From Dicyema japonicum (Eukaryota; Animalia; Dicyemida): 64,000 nucleotides of DNA. Below are positions 23,502 to 36,099 of this stretch, in pieces; position 1 is the first letter of the stretch; the number at the start of each line of letters is the position of its first letter. Where the stretch lies: NCBI GenBank assembly GCA_011109175.1, contig RDEW01000058.1:68033-132032 (forward strand). The letters run 5' to 3'. The position numbers were made by a program, and so were the translations under genes. Under the pieces are notes generated by a model that saw only the letters and a program-made list of their open reading frames with translations, ran no database searches and was not told the DNA's origin.

Positions 23502-25042
23502 TTAAACTATATTGTTAACAAGGGTAATATCTGAATCAGCACTCGCATTACTATGGTCAGATCTCGTGCTTACTGACCTCTGGATGATTTTGTCCGCCGA
23601 TTCTTTATTAGACTCACAACGTTGAGGTTCTGTTAAAATATTTAAATATTTAAAACCATTTTCTTGTTTAAATTTTAGAATTAATTTTGAAATATAATTT
23701 TTTCTTTTAAACTCTTTAATTTTACTTGATATTTTACTGCTCAATTTTGACTCACTCTTTGTACTCGGCTCACTCTTAAAATTAGTATTAAGCCACCATT
23801 TGTACTGGACTGATGCCGTGGGGGGAATCAACTGCGCCATTCACGGAAATTGACGAGAAGGAAGGACTCAAACAGGCCGAAGAAGTTTCGGAAACCTGCA
23901 AACTCGGCGATTCGGCGGAAAGTCCCGAATTAAATTGGTTGAAGGATTCTGCATTACTCAGACTTGAAAAATCAGAATTGATTTCTGAGTAATTCTGCGG
24001 AAACTTTACGGAAAACAGTTCCATCGATTTGCTGATAAAATTCACATTTGGGCCTAATTTAGCCATATTTTCGTTCGATTTAGCCTTGTTTGAGTCGATG
24101 TCGAATCCCTCCCCCAAGCGAAATTTATTAAAGCCCCCTTCCTCAGAAGTAACTAGGAATTCGTAGGAGTTGAATCGCTTCCAGTAAAACCTGGCTGAAG
24201 TTGACGAAAGCTAAAATACATTTGTAAGTCGCGATGGTGGTCGGTTTGGACTCGAAGAGCATGAAGATGTCGTTGGCTGAACAGGGGGACAGCGTTCTGC
24301 AGCATATATTCCACACATTCGCCATCTATCGGTTAGATTGGGAGATTTACTATTTTGCACGATTGCAGTAGGACATTCTTAGAAATGTTCTTTTTCGGGA
24401 ACCACAGTGAGGCGGCTATGCAGATCGACAGATTCTTGAAGTTCCTATTCGTGGGGGACGAATCCGCTATTTTCAAAAGTACGCAAATAATGTGCTTCAA
24501 CATGGCATAATGGGCTCTCGGCAAATTCGATAAAACCCTATTTACAGCCAAATGTGACTTTTTAAAGGATTCCTCTTGATTCCACGAAAGTAGTGCTTCC
24601 CTCCATCTGCTGCAGTAATTTGACATCAGAACGCATTCAGGCAGCGATCGAAGATATTTCTGTGAAATCAATATGGATTTTTGAATAACCTTAAAAACTG
24701 AGGTGACAACAATGATGTCGTATTCTTCGAAGATTATTTGATTCTCGGTCCCCAATTTTTCTAGGAGGTAGTTCTCCTGATTTTTTGAGGGAGATTTGCG
24801 AAATATTCCCTCTACGGTTGGTCCTCGAGTGTAAATGTCGAACAGGAAACTCTAAATTGTACGTTTCAACTTCACTACATATAATTTTGGGGGGACAACT
24901 TCATTTTTTATTATCGATTGAGAGAACAATCGAAAATTAGATTAGGGTTCCCCTTGCGGATCTCTTTGTAAGAATTGTTTAATTTCCCAGCGTATTTTCT
25001 GTTGAATTCGTGGTACCACCTGATCCTTCTATTTGAGCGCAT
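23502..25042 (-). CDS. RhoGAP domain protein (ARHGAP20/TAGAP-like) with Ser-rich tail
   Basis: GPTVEGIFRKS (catalytic Arg), VVTSVFK|KYLRSLPE, LPRAHYAMLKHIICVL, NLSICIAASLW, ECVEYMLQNAVPLF. Start and 3' end uncertain; may extend towards ~22730. Confidence 0.85.
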
Positions 25043-25234
25043 GCTTACTATTAAGCCATATGTTCGCTAAACACTGTAATATGTTCGCTAAATACCGCAG
25101 TAACGAGTATATTTTTGTTAAATGTTTATTTATTTACGAAGTTATGAGAGTAATTTGAAATATATCAGAGAACACATAAAGAATACTTAAACTCACTGGT
25201 TTTCCCGCTCTGCGACAGGACGGTAAAGACCAAT

Positions 25235-25352
25235 CTCTTTGAACTCATTGTCATGAAAACTTGTCGCAGGACTAACCTCCATCTTGTTCCTTGTTATGAA
25301 AACTTGTCAGAGGACCGAACCCCTTTGATCTCATTGTCATGAAAACTTGTCA
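25235..25352. repeat. Three-copy 43-nt tandem repeat
   Basis: Core TTGT(C/T)ATGAAAACTTGTC starts at 25248, 25291 and 25334, an exact 43-nt period. Confidence 0.85.
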
Positions 25353-25789
25353 CGATTCATCTCCCACATGCATCTACCAGCGACACAAACTCTTAGAGAG
25401 TTCGTGTAATCCCGGGAAAACACCGAACAAACTGAAAGACGTTAAAATCACCTAATGACAGTGTCTTTCTTCTAATGAACTGTGACTGATCAAGTTTTTA
25501 ATTTATTTACCCCGATCCCGTCAAGTTAAGGAAACCTGTAGTTAAGAGAAAAGTAACCACCAAAGCGGGCACTCAAAGAGATGAGTAGATATGAAAAAGA
25601 CAAAAATTCATGTCAATAAATTAATAGGAATTTAGGAATCAATTAAATGTGACAATGAAAAATTTAATTTTACGGTCTAACGATTAGTGACAATCAAATC
25701 ATCACCACATGAAACTAAATTTGTGAAATGATTTTTCTATGTGATATTTTGGATGAAGAGCCAACGTTACTATGGTGCTACTTGATTGA

Positions 25790-26012
25790 AGACTTTTTGT
25801 TTTCTCTTCTGTTCTTCCTCTTCCATTTAATAGAGTGGCACCCAATATCAAGGTGCACGAAAAAGATCATTTACTCACCCCCACTTATCGGAGGGGTTTA
25901 CACAATTGCAAGGAATAGACGTCTTCAACCTTTTATGCTTGCTCTGGATGGACTTATGTGACATTGGAAGGACTCCGTTTCTGTGAGTGAAACTAGATAT
26001 CGGGAGTTGGTA
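25790..26012 (+). repeat. Interspersed structured repeat, copy A
   Basis: Shares TAGAGT..GCACGAAAAAGATCATTT..GTTTC..GAAACT with 56960-57190 (+) and 60341-60690 (-). Confidence 0.75.
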
Positions 26013-27109
26013 ATAATAAATTTGAAATATTAAAAATATAAAATTAGGAACTGTTATCTCCAAATGGAGGTTATGTAGTTGAAATATTACTATGCCTCCA
26101 TGAAACATAGCAGTCTATGAAACGTCTACTTCGCTTCATGGTGAAAAAAACTTCTGTCTTCTCTTAAGCATGGAAAAAGTTCGCTCCGTAGACATTAGGT
26201 GGTTGTTTTGTTGCTTTGTAAGAGAGGGAGGTTGGGTCTGTTTAGGGATCATACACATCTTAGTGACAAAGTTCACAGAACTCATTTGTACCTTAAAACC
26301 TTAAAACAACTCACGACAGGGTTTCTACTAATAACTTCAAGAACCCAACAAGCTTTTGAGACGTCTGCCGCCAAACATTTACGGAAACAAAGCTCCCTTA
26401 CCAAGAAAGTTCATGTTCACTTGGTGTGTTTTTACAAGACAATATGAGCAGAACCAGACAATCGGTTCTTTCTAGATGACCACGAGACAACTACCTCTTT
26501 CCATGTCCTGGACTGATGACGTAGCTCTGGTTCACTATAGAAGATCTTAGTAAACAGTCATAATGTCTTCATCTCCTCAAAGTTGATGTAACGTCTTCTC
26601 CCCTTTCTCAATGAACTCAGGAGACATCTTTCACTGTGCTGTATGCCTTAGTGCCACCACAATTTTTCACCTGCTTTATGTCTTTTGGTAAAGAAAAGTA
26701 ACTACCAAGACCAGACTCTCCCAGAGATCAGCCAGGTAACCTGAATTGGCGCAGAAATCGAAAGCGGACAAAGAAAGAATAACCCGTCTTGTGTCCGTTT
26801 AAAAAACAGATGGGGAAGCGACGAACCCGATTCTGTTCACATAATCACTTAGATCGACGTCCTAGAAACTGTCTAATAACCAGGCTCTTAATGACATCAG
26901 TAGAAAGTGAGCTCGATCTTCAGAATGATAAAAAACGCAAATTTTTCCATCAAGGGTAGCTATGACTCTCCTTTACTCAAAACCGGATTACCACGCCCTT
27001 AAAGTTGTTTGGAGTTAATTTAGATTAGCAGTAAGACGCCGGATGGAGTAACTACCATGCCATGAGCTAAATGAGGTGTCCTGTTTGGGATTCAACATGC
27101 ACAGAAACT

Positions 27110-27415
27110 TTCTCTAGTGGGAATCTGCTCAATTCATCGTTGCACGTGGGAGCCGAGAGAGCAATGCTGAATATTCGATTAGGAAGAAGTACCACGGATT
27201 GATGACCGGTTCGCATCCCAGCCAATCTCCGTTAGAAAATCTGGCGTAATTTCCCCGAACACGTCTGAATTCATCAGGTGCAGGACTGCAGAAAGGTGAC
27301 CTAGAATGGCCGTTGGCTCTTCCAGAACATTGGGCTCTCGATCATGAGGGGTAGCTCACATTATCTGCTAATGCATGCAGGTAATAGTAGAGAACTTGTC
27401 ACAACAACTAACTTT
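27110..27415 (+). mobile_element. CRE-like REL retrotransposon, 3' fragment
   Basis: DNA similarity to 53945-54160 (GGCTCTTCCAGAACATTGGGCT...ACAACTAACTTT) and REL remnants. Confidence 0.6.
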
Positions 27416-27477
27416 GTTTTTATTTTAATAATTATTTAATCTTTTTTTTTTATTATAAGGAAAAAGAATAGTTAATT

Positions 27478-28650
27478 TTAATTATTCAGCTGTTGGGAGA
27501 TGCATAAGCTATTCCCACGGACAACAGCCAACGAGAGCCTCTCCTTGAGCCATCTCGTCTCACGAAGATTACCAGTTTTGTCGGATAGTAGCTTTCCAAG
27601 ATAATTCAGGAACTTCAGCGTTTTAGGGCCAAAGTTCCCCGAAGTTTCAATCGCGACAGGTGCGAAAATGTACCTGTCGCTGATATCCGAATACTTAGCA
27701 TTTTTCATTTCCTCTGCTTGAGAAGAAGGTCTGCCCGGTGAATTATTTTTTTTGCTTGGGGCGAAAGAGCAGACACAGGTCACATCCCATACAAGGTTTC
27801 GCCTCGCTCGAAAGGAAAGGAGGTCATGCCGTCAGGGCGTCTTCCGTTGTCAAATAGACCAGTCGGTTCGATCCGGCAACGGAATCCAGTCGATTCTAAT
27901 ACCCTCTTAATGATGCCGTTCATAGCCGAATGTCGAGAAGATCTGCCAATTCCGCTCCGGCATGAGAGGAGGTGGAGACCCAGTTCGTCCGATAGACAGC
28001 CACATTTGCACTTCGATTTGGTGCAAACAGGCAATCTGAGGTGTAGACATACAGCTGTACGAAGGGAGTCATCATCCAACAATCCACCAACTTCTTGACA
28101 TGGGTAAATTCCAAGCCAAGATCCATCAACCGCCTCCCTCGAATTTTGGAAACAGTCCAGGCGATGTCCAGAGAGCCGGCTGACTAGGTTGGATGCCAGA
28201 GCATTCCATCTATGGATCATCCAAGACGATTGTTGGTCTGGATTAAGCGGCTCGCTAAGCCCTTCACTCCGCCACACGTCCGTGTATTCAACCAAGTCAT
28301 TGGACAGTTTCCGAGATGGAAGCTTTGAAAGAATTGAGTCCACTTGGTTTTTGCATGAAAGTTTTGAGGCAAAATACGCCGGGCCAGCAATTTGGCAGGG
28401 AGTAGTAAGACCGATTCCACCCAATGATATCGGTAATCCAGTGGTGTCAAGGGAAACGTTAGTACGAATTTAGTACATCTTTTGAGGCAATCAGAGTATT
28501 CCATTAAAAGGGAATCACACTTATAACATGGTGCAGTCCTTAGTAAATAGTTTAATCTTGGAATGGACAAGCAGTTTCTCAATAGGAAGAGGGCAATATG
28601 GTTGTCAACATGCGCAAACGGTTCTCAAAAGTACCGAGCTCTATTGTCCT
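27478..28650 (-). mobile_element. CRE-like REL retrotransposon, 3' part
   Basis: LLRNCLSIPRLNYLLRTAPC, LGGIGL, CKCGCLSDELGLHLLSC..RHSAMN zinc finger, EPTGLFDNGRRPDGMT (REL), FAPVAIETSG, LSLAVVRGN; frameshifted. Confidence 0.9.
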
Positions 28651-28749
28651 TTCTTTTAACAATAATTATTTATTTTATTTTTAATAATAAATAAATAGTA
28701 ATTAATAGTTTATTAAAAATCACGTCCACCAAATATATTAAAGTTTGTT

Positions 28750-29548
28750 TCACCTAGAAATTACTCGAAAGCAACCCCGATAGTTTTGAGAATCTTTCCT
28801 ATATTTAGCACGTGAATTCTGAAACCAGACCTAAATAAAGACTTCAGTTACTTGGAGGACTCGTTTTGATAGACCCGATTGGACACTCAATGCGTTTAAA
28901 TTTTTGGAGTCAGGATTTTGATTTACGGAGAAAAATGACTTCAACAAATTTATCTGATAATTCTTAAAGGTTGTCCTCATCCGTTTATTTTCCCCCGGTT
29001 TCTCCCCGTTCTGCTTGATTTTTGGGCGGCAAAATAATTCGCTTAAAGTTAAAAATTACATTACGAGGTTCGACTCCCTCCAAAGTCATCACACTAACGA
29101 ATTAAACCCGAGACTTTACTTTTCATTCAAGTTCTTGGGGATGATGCAATATTGATTGTAACACAGAATTTTGAATCCACGATTCTGTACTTATCCCCCG
29201 TGTGTAAGGGTCGGTAGCAGTTCGAGCATCGAAGACACCCAGAATGGTAAAATAAGTCGTTAATTTCCACAGAGTAATCATTGATGTCAAGGAACACCCC
29301 ACAACCGGCACACTTGAAGTGCCACTCCCTTAACTATAGCTCCCCCACTACATTATTTCTAAGTAATGACTCCAACAAAACAAATTTTTGTTAACCGAAT
29401 AGCAGTTTAACTCGTTTTCTAGTGGGACTTTACATTTGTGGCAATTCAGGCACCAAACGTGGTACGAATCGTCATCGACTACTAAATAAGGCCCGACGGC
29501 GATCAGCTCACCACAGTTCCTGCAGGTTTTCTGTAATTTTGAAGACAT
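28750..29548 (-). CDS. LHX2/9: LIM-homeodomain transcription factor, Lhx2/9 (apterous) family, about 230 aa
   Basis: LIM1 CRNC...HVWCLNCHKCKVPLENELNCYS (cf. LESELTCFS); LIM2 CAGC...HSGCLRCSNC.RPLHTGDKY; homeodomain KRMRTTFKNYQINLLKSFFSVNQNPDSKNLNALSVQSGLSKRVLQ|VWFQNSRAKYRK, split by a 21-nt intron and absent from the ORF track. Confidence 0.93.
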
Positions 29549-30019
29549 TCACTAAATATTGACGCATGGTGTTATTTTGGTTATAAAACATCTTTCTGGC
29601 CAAATTAATCCCCTGTTAATTGGAAACTCATTAAAGAACACGTGCTCTAGCGATCAATACTATTTTTATTTGTTAGAACTACAATGGACGACCTCGATGA
29701 ACTAATGTGCGAGGAGAAAAGTGGCATGGAGAAAACTGGTGGAACAAATAGGAAAGAGCAAGTCACAAACGGAATCCTAAGTATTCATATGCCTTTGGGT
29801 AACCGGGAGTGGTTTTAACTGAGTGAAGCAGCTTCGTCATTTCGGTCTGGAGTCACTTGGTTTATGTGTTTAATAACCACGGATATGCCTGAGAGAGGGT
29901 GAGAGTTGATTGACTATGGTAGTGCCTATCCATATGGGCAGCTGTGGGACCCCTACAGTGGAGTAAAGAAGAGAGATCCTTTTGGATGTCGGCTAGGCGC
30001 TGGGTGTCTTCTGAGACAG

Positions 30020-30160
30020 ATTAGTCGCATGATGCCTATTATAATTCGAAAAGGCACAGAGCACTAAGAAACCCATCAACTAGATAGGTAGATCAGTGAG
30101 AATCGAACCACAAATAATGGGGACACGAGTGACAGCACTAACCACTAGATTATTTAGTTA
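30020..30160 (-). mobile_element. tRNA-derived SINE head
   Basis: Minus-strand A box CTAGTGGTTAG (30138-30148) and B box GGTTCGATTCTC (30098-30109), no full cloverleaf; body resembles ~48550-48605. Confidence 0.55.
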
Positions 30161-30668
30161 GCTGAGGATATTCCTTGTTCGTACTTATATTATTAATCCA
30201 GTTTCCCCACAACCTTGCCATGACAAAGCATGTGAAACTCGAGAAACTAGCAGTTACGTTCTCCACTTGTTCATGTCGCGAGCAAGCTCCCCTAGTCCAT
30301 CTAAGTTATCTTCCTCTCTTGGATACCTTCCAATCTTATCGAGATCTCCGTCCAGAACAAATGGTATGGAGGTCCTTGATCATCTATAGAATCAAGAGCG
30401 TAAAACGAGAGGTAGTCTCCATGACAATGTTAGCTAGGACTCCCATGTGCATTCAATACATGAGAAAGAGCCTCCGTCACAACAATAGTTCCAGGTCCAT
30501 TCTCGATAAAAGTCCAAAGAGCCTCCATGACCACGTGACCATTAGCTCAACCCTCCGACCAATTAACTATTTTATTTGTATTTTATTTAATTTTAAATTA
30601 AATCGTATTTAAATAATATTGTATTTGTCACCTTAGGTTTGGGTATTTTTTACTTTGATAGTCTCATA

Positions 30669-31904
30669 ATGAATAGATTCATGGGAATGGACTTTTCAGC
30701 CTTTGGAAAGGTTTTAGTTAAAACCCCTATTTATCGCAGGAGGCTGGTTTACAGGGAGACAAAAACCTGATGGACACTTCTGAGCAGGTGTACATCTCAT
30801 CGCTCGCTCTCCTTAAAGTAAGCTCAGTGAAAATAAATATTTAAATGAAATATTCTAAAACTAAGATGCTCAAGCATGGACGGGCAGGAGTTCCTATGGA
30901 AGTCATGGGATTAATGCTTGGGAATTCGTCGACGATTACACTGTCAGGGTTACGGACGTCTTTGCAATGCCACAGTCGGGACGGTTTATAAAACTGACAT
31001 TTAGGGAGTAAGTGTGGAGGCCGTGGACCCGGCATTTCAGGCGGCAATGTTAGATATGCTGAAAGTCACGGGAAGACCAGAGACGGTGGTTGGCTGGTAC
31101 CACTCCCACCCTGGCTTCGGCTGCTGGCTTTCTGGGGTGGACATGAACACACAGCAGAGCTTTGAGTCGCTCGTTGAAAGAGCCGTTGCCGTGGTGATTG
31201 ACCCAATTCAGAGCGTAAAGGGAAAGGTTGTCATTTTTTGATATCAAGGTCGTTATTGACGCATTCAGGCTTATTCGTCCGGACATTGCCATGATAAATC
31301 AAGAACCTAGACAGACTACTTCAAATATTGGACATCTTAATAAGCCTTCCGTCCAGGTTTGTTTTTCTTTGCTATAAAGGCTCTTATTCACGGCCTTAAT
31401 CGGAATTACTACTCAATTGGTATTCGATATAAAAAGACCACACTCGACGAAAAGGTTTTAAACATTTTATTTATTTTTTTGTTAACCGTTTAACATTTAA
31501 ATTTATTATTTTAAAAAATTAATAAATGATTTAATTTAGATGCTTCTTAATCTTCATAAAGTGGGGTGGATTGAGGGACTGTCCTTGATGATTATAACCA
31601 CCATCGTGAATCTAATATCAGGACTATTAAGAAAATGACAGGTTTGTTGGAGAGTTATGAAAAGGTTTGATATTTGTTTATTTGTAGTATTTGGAGGATG
31701 AGGATAAGTATACTGCTGAAGAACTGACTATTCGTAATGTTGGGAAACAGGTTTGGTTAGTACTGAGCTTAGAATCCCAAACGGCATTTGTCGGAAAATG
31801 TTGATTTGCTGCTGAATCATAATATTGGCCATTCTTTGGGGTCGTTAATAAGAGTGTGTTCGCTTACTGATTCTGATAAGTTGAAAACTACAGTCGTCTC
31901 CTGA
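30669..31904 (+). CDS. PSMD14: 26S proteasome deubiquitinase Rpn11
   Basis: [15 protein letters not shown]|[23 protein letters not shown] motif [31 protein letters not shown]|MLLNLHK; tiny introns plus 48-nt and 85-nt (31455-31539) introns. Confidence 0.97.
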
Positions 31905-32959
31905 TTTTGTTAGTCAATAATTTTGTTACTTGTGATTCCAATTAGTTATTTTCTGATAATTACGGTTTCTCGGATTTTCTGTAGTGGATGTCCTAGTCAT
32001 AAGGCAGAGCTGGTGATTTGGGCCTGGGTACCATGTCATGGCTTATGCAACCTAATGTCTTCATATCTTGATGGATGCGACCTTTCTTCTTTTTTAATGG
32101 ACTCGGTACGATTATTGGTAAGGAAACGTCGGATGCAGTAATGTGCGCCAACGTGGTGCAACCGATGCTGTCATTGAAGATACCAATGGTTCCTTGACAG
32201 ACTCGCGTTACGTCCAATCAGTGTCAAGACAATTGAAGAGATAAGCAGTAAGTCTTTGTATTTCCTCCAAAGCATGAGATTTCTGGATACACTCAGAAGC
32301 CAAGGTGATCTCCATTGCTATTGTTAGAGACAATGTTGGGGGATCGATGGTTAGGTTAACTAACATCCCATATGTGTAGCTATAGGTGATCCCCCAAGTT
32401 TATTCAATTTTCTTTTAGACAAGATTCAAACTCGGACCTTGCGTATCCATCCATCTCGCTTATTAGAACACGCAAAACGCAAGTACCCTCAATCACTAAG
32501 AAAGATATTGAATTTTTTAGAAGTTAAAGCAAAACTATAACAAAAGGATTCTGCAGCGGAATCTTCAGATTACTAAAAATATTCCATTCATTAACGACAT
32601 AATGCGAAGATGAATTGACGTGATGTCTGAAGATCTCTAACATTCCTTAATTATTTCTCTCAAAAAACAAAATTTTCATTACAAATTGATAAATCAGTTG
32701 TATTTGATGATCAATCTGTACGAATCAATTTCTCCCTTTTGCACGAGTCAAAAACAAATTCTATGCCTTGGATTATTTGGACGTACTTCTTAAATAAAGC
32801 GTGGGCTTTGCCTAAGTTGAGGTTTACTAAAGGAAACATCACTCTACTCCTTCCCGACAGGGCTGTTGTAGTTGTCTTCATATTGTTAGTTATCCACATC
32901 ATATTGCGTGAGAAAGGATTTCTACTTAACTATATGATGAGTAAGCACCGGAAAATTTG

Positions 32960-33480
32960 AGTATCTGCGAAAACGGGGACATCAACAATATGGACTAAAA
33001 AAGCTAAGAAACTGAATCCAATTCAGTGCAATCTGTTTTCGCCATTGAATTTCTGGAGATTCGTATAGACAAGACGATCAGTACGGATACGGCTGTCACT
33101 AATAACAAACCCTACATTTTCGTTTATGATGAGATAAACATTATGATTACTCTTGTTGAAATTGGGGTCACTTCGCAAAACTGCCTCAAGCAGGTAGAAA
33201 AGTTCCACGAGTATGACCTACTGGCGAACGAACTTGAGATTCATCGGCAAAGGTGAAAATAATCCCTGTAGTCATCACCTAAAATGGAAGTGTCTCCAGA
33301 TTCTTCAAGAGCCACCTGGATGCCCTCAAGGTGGAGGAGAGGGTCAAAGCTTATATACAGACGCTAGTGTTACAGAAGACTTTGGAGAGTATACAAGCTT
33401 AGGAGAAGCGTGGAGTATCGACTCCTGGTGAGGAGGAAGACGGCATGGAATGTCAACCTAGGGTAGTCTCTGAATGTGGG
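32960..33480 (+). mobile_element. R4/Dong-like REL retrotransposon, degenerate 3' fragment
   Basis: QSVF..EIRIDKTISTD..NNKPYIFVYD...TLVEIGVTSQ..LKQVE..YDLLANEL..KIIPVVIT; related to 15478-15852. Confidence 0.8.
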
Positions 33481-33595
33481 GTATGCATGTGGGCGATTCA
33501 AAAAAAGGTTGAGCACTGCACTAGACTATCAAAATTAGTCAAAATAGATTGAATAAAAAGAAATCAGCAAAAAATTAGAGGAGACGGGGAGATCC

Positions 33596-34958
33596 CTAAT
33601 TAACCATGTCCATTATGGTTTTAATGATAAGTCTGAGGACCCTCATGAACATGGGGGGTTCTAAAAGTAAAATATGAACCCAACCTTTATGACCCTTCAA
33701 AATATGCTCTATCCTTGAAAATGACCCATTAACCGGTGGTGACTCAAATCCGAGAATATTGCACATCAACGGGAAGATATCGACAGATTCAAACGACTCA
33801 CCCACGAAATCCTCTTTAAACTCATTTCCCACGGCAATGAAGATGGGGTGCATTTGGGGCACGTGTCGATTGTATCCATGCTGGCCCACTAAGCAGATTA
33901 AAAGCATTTCTACCTTCAGCAGGGAGCAGCAAGTTCTGGGTGATGAGATAGGGGAACACAGCCACAGCCACAATTGGGGAGATACGGTTGCTTTTAGAAT
34001 AGTGGTAATCTTGGGGGACATCCTCACGCCAGTATACCTCCAGATTTGGATTGTGTCCCTTTAGTTTGTCATAGACGACCTGGTCTCTCCCTAATATTAG
34101 TGAATAGAAGACCTTCTGTGGGGTATATCAAGGCAAAGGGGGACTGGTAGCATTCGTAGTAAGTGAAGTCTTTTGGGTCGACAATTCTGTCCAACGTAAA
34201 CACAAAGCCGGGATCCGTTAGTGTGTTTTACATTCCGTGATCGGCAGTGAGGATCATATTGAGGTTGATTCCCTTTGCCTTGGCCTTCTCCATGTAGTTC
34301 AACAAGGTCCCTATCGCATGATCAAGCTTAACGGTGGTTTCAAACGTTCTTTTGGTGACCCCATAGCGATGCCCGGATATGTCGGGCTCATATTAATATA
34401 GTATTCACAGATAGACCGGATCATCGTGACTGAGAATCCACTCAAAAACGTTATCAACTGCCTGGTTCAGAGTATCCCCGTAGAGTCCGTCGTAATAATT
34501 ATGGGAGTTGAACGTGCAGCTGATTGACACATCGACATCCGCTCCAGGCCACCCATAGCAACCGCTTTTCCCGCCATGATCCTGATTCACAGTCCAAATT
34601 GTCTTGGAAAACTTGTACCAATATTTCCATGCATAATTATTCGGTAGGAATCGTTCACGTTGATGTCGTAGAACGAGTTGGCGACTACTTGATGTGTCTC
34701 TGCATAATCACCAGTCACGATTGAAAAATGATTTGGGAGGGTCTGTGTGGGAAACACATTTGTGGTCCCGGAATTGTTCAAAGTCACGCCCATTTTTATT
34801 AGCTTATCAAAATTTGGTGTGGGGTAGTTGAATTCTTTGCAGAGGTCGAGGTAATCCCATCGGAAGCCATCCAATGAAATTAGCAATACTGTATCGTTAC
34901 TTAAGGAATTAGAATAGCCGACGAGACAAACAAGCAATAGAAACATTAAAGTTTTCAT
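33596..34958 (-). CDS. Secreted nucleotide pyrophosphatase/phosphodiesterase (ENPP4/5-like)
   Basis: Signal peptide MKTLMFLLLVCLVG; LLISLDGFRWDY, catalytic FPTQTLPNHFSIVTG, EPDISGH, LTADHGM, GQHGY..MHPIFIAVG. Several small indels. Confidence 0.9.
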
Positions 34959-35060
34959 AATTGACTATTATTATTCCTTCAGGTTTGCCACCAAAGTAAT
35001 TAATTTAATTTAATTAATTTATTATTTTATTTAATTTTATTTAATAATAATTTATTTAAC

Positions 35061-35900
35061 TTACATCCTAAGTATGGTGTTGATGATGGTGGGCTAGTAA
35101 ATGTGAAGGCGTTGATCGAATTACAATATAATAATTTGATGGAAAAGATCAACTTAAAAAGCCTTCATAAGGTCCTCTTCAGAGCATTGGACAACCCACA
35201 TGTCGACCTTAAGTCGTCGACAATATGGCTAAAATACGGTGACAACTCACCTCGATTGGAGGCGTTGTACACGTATATGCAAGACCGCAATATTTTTTGG
35301 GGTCGATCAACAAATACATGTCCCCACTGTAAGTCAAGGAGCATGTCGGTTGATCATTTAGCCACTCGATGTGGATCCATGCTCTGCCACGACTATGTGT
35401 GGAGGCATAACGAGGTAGTAAGGAGTCTTCATCTTCTACTATGCAATAAGTATGGTATTCGCCACACCAGAAAGTTGCGGACTCATAAGGTGCAATCTGT
35501 AGTAGAGAACACCAGGGTCCAAATTAAGGTAGACAGTGTTATCCGTACCTCGGTGCTAGTCAAGGACAATAAACCGGACATTGTGGTACACGATAAGGAG
35601 TCTGGCCAAGTCCTTATCATAGAAGTTGGCATCACGTCTCAAGACCGTTTGCAGACTGTGGAGGTGGAGAAAAAAGAAAGTATGACTTTCTTGCAAACGA
35701 GATGGGGCAGATGCTTGGTTGCAAGGTCCTCGTTATTCCTATAGTAATGACGTGGGAAGGAATTGCAACAAAGTACCACAAGGGTTATCTGAAGCAGTTG
35801 GGGATAGATAGGAAGCTCCAGGCCTATCTACAGTCCACTGTGTTAAAGCGGACCCTAGAGAGCTTGACACTGGAGTATAGGAGGCAGAGCCCTGAGATGC
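35061..35900 (+). mobile_element. R4/Dong-like REL retrotransposon, 5'-truncated
   Basis: CPHCKSRSMSVDHLATRC zinc finger, RHNEVVRSLHLLLCNKYG, NKPDIVVHDK..IIEVGIT (PD-(D/E)xK REL), KYDFLANE, VIPIVMTWEG; one frameshift. Confidence 0.9.
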
Positions 35901-36099
35901 CATACGGGCAGAGGGTTCAATTTAACTTACATGAATTAAAACATGGCGTCATGTGGTCTACCGGTTATGAAAGTTTTGGAATCGCTCAGGGTGCACTTAA
36001 TGCACCGCGGAAAAGGACCATTAACTACCTCCCATCCGAAAAAGGGCTCTTCGGACGACGGCCTCTTCCTTTCTTAATCCCTCTCGGCTGAATGGGTTC

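Noticed and set aside
25235-25352. CRISPR-like array
   Set aside because: Only three units, linkers related to each other, eukaryotic context and no cas genes.
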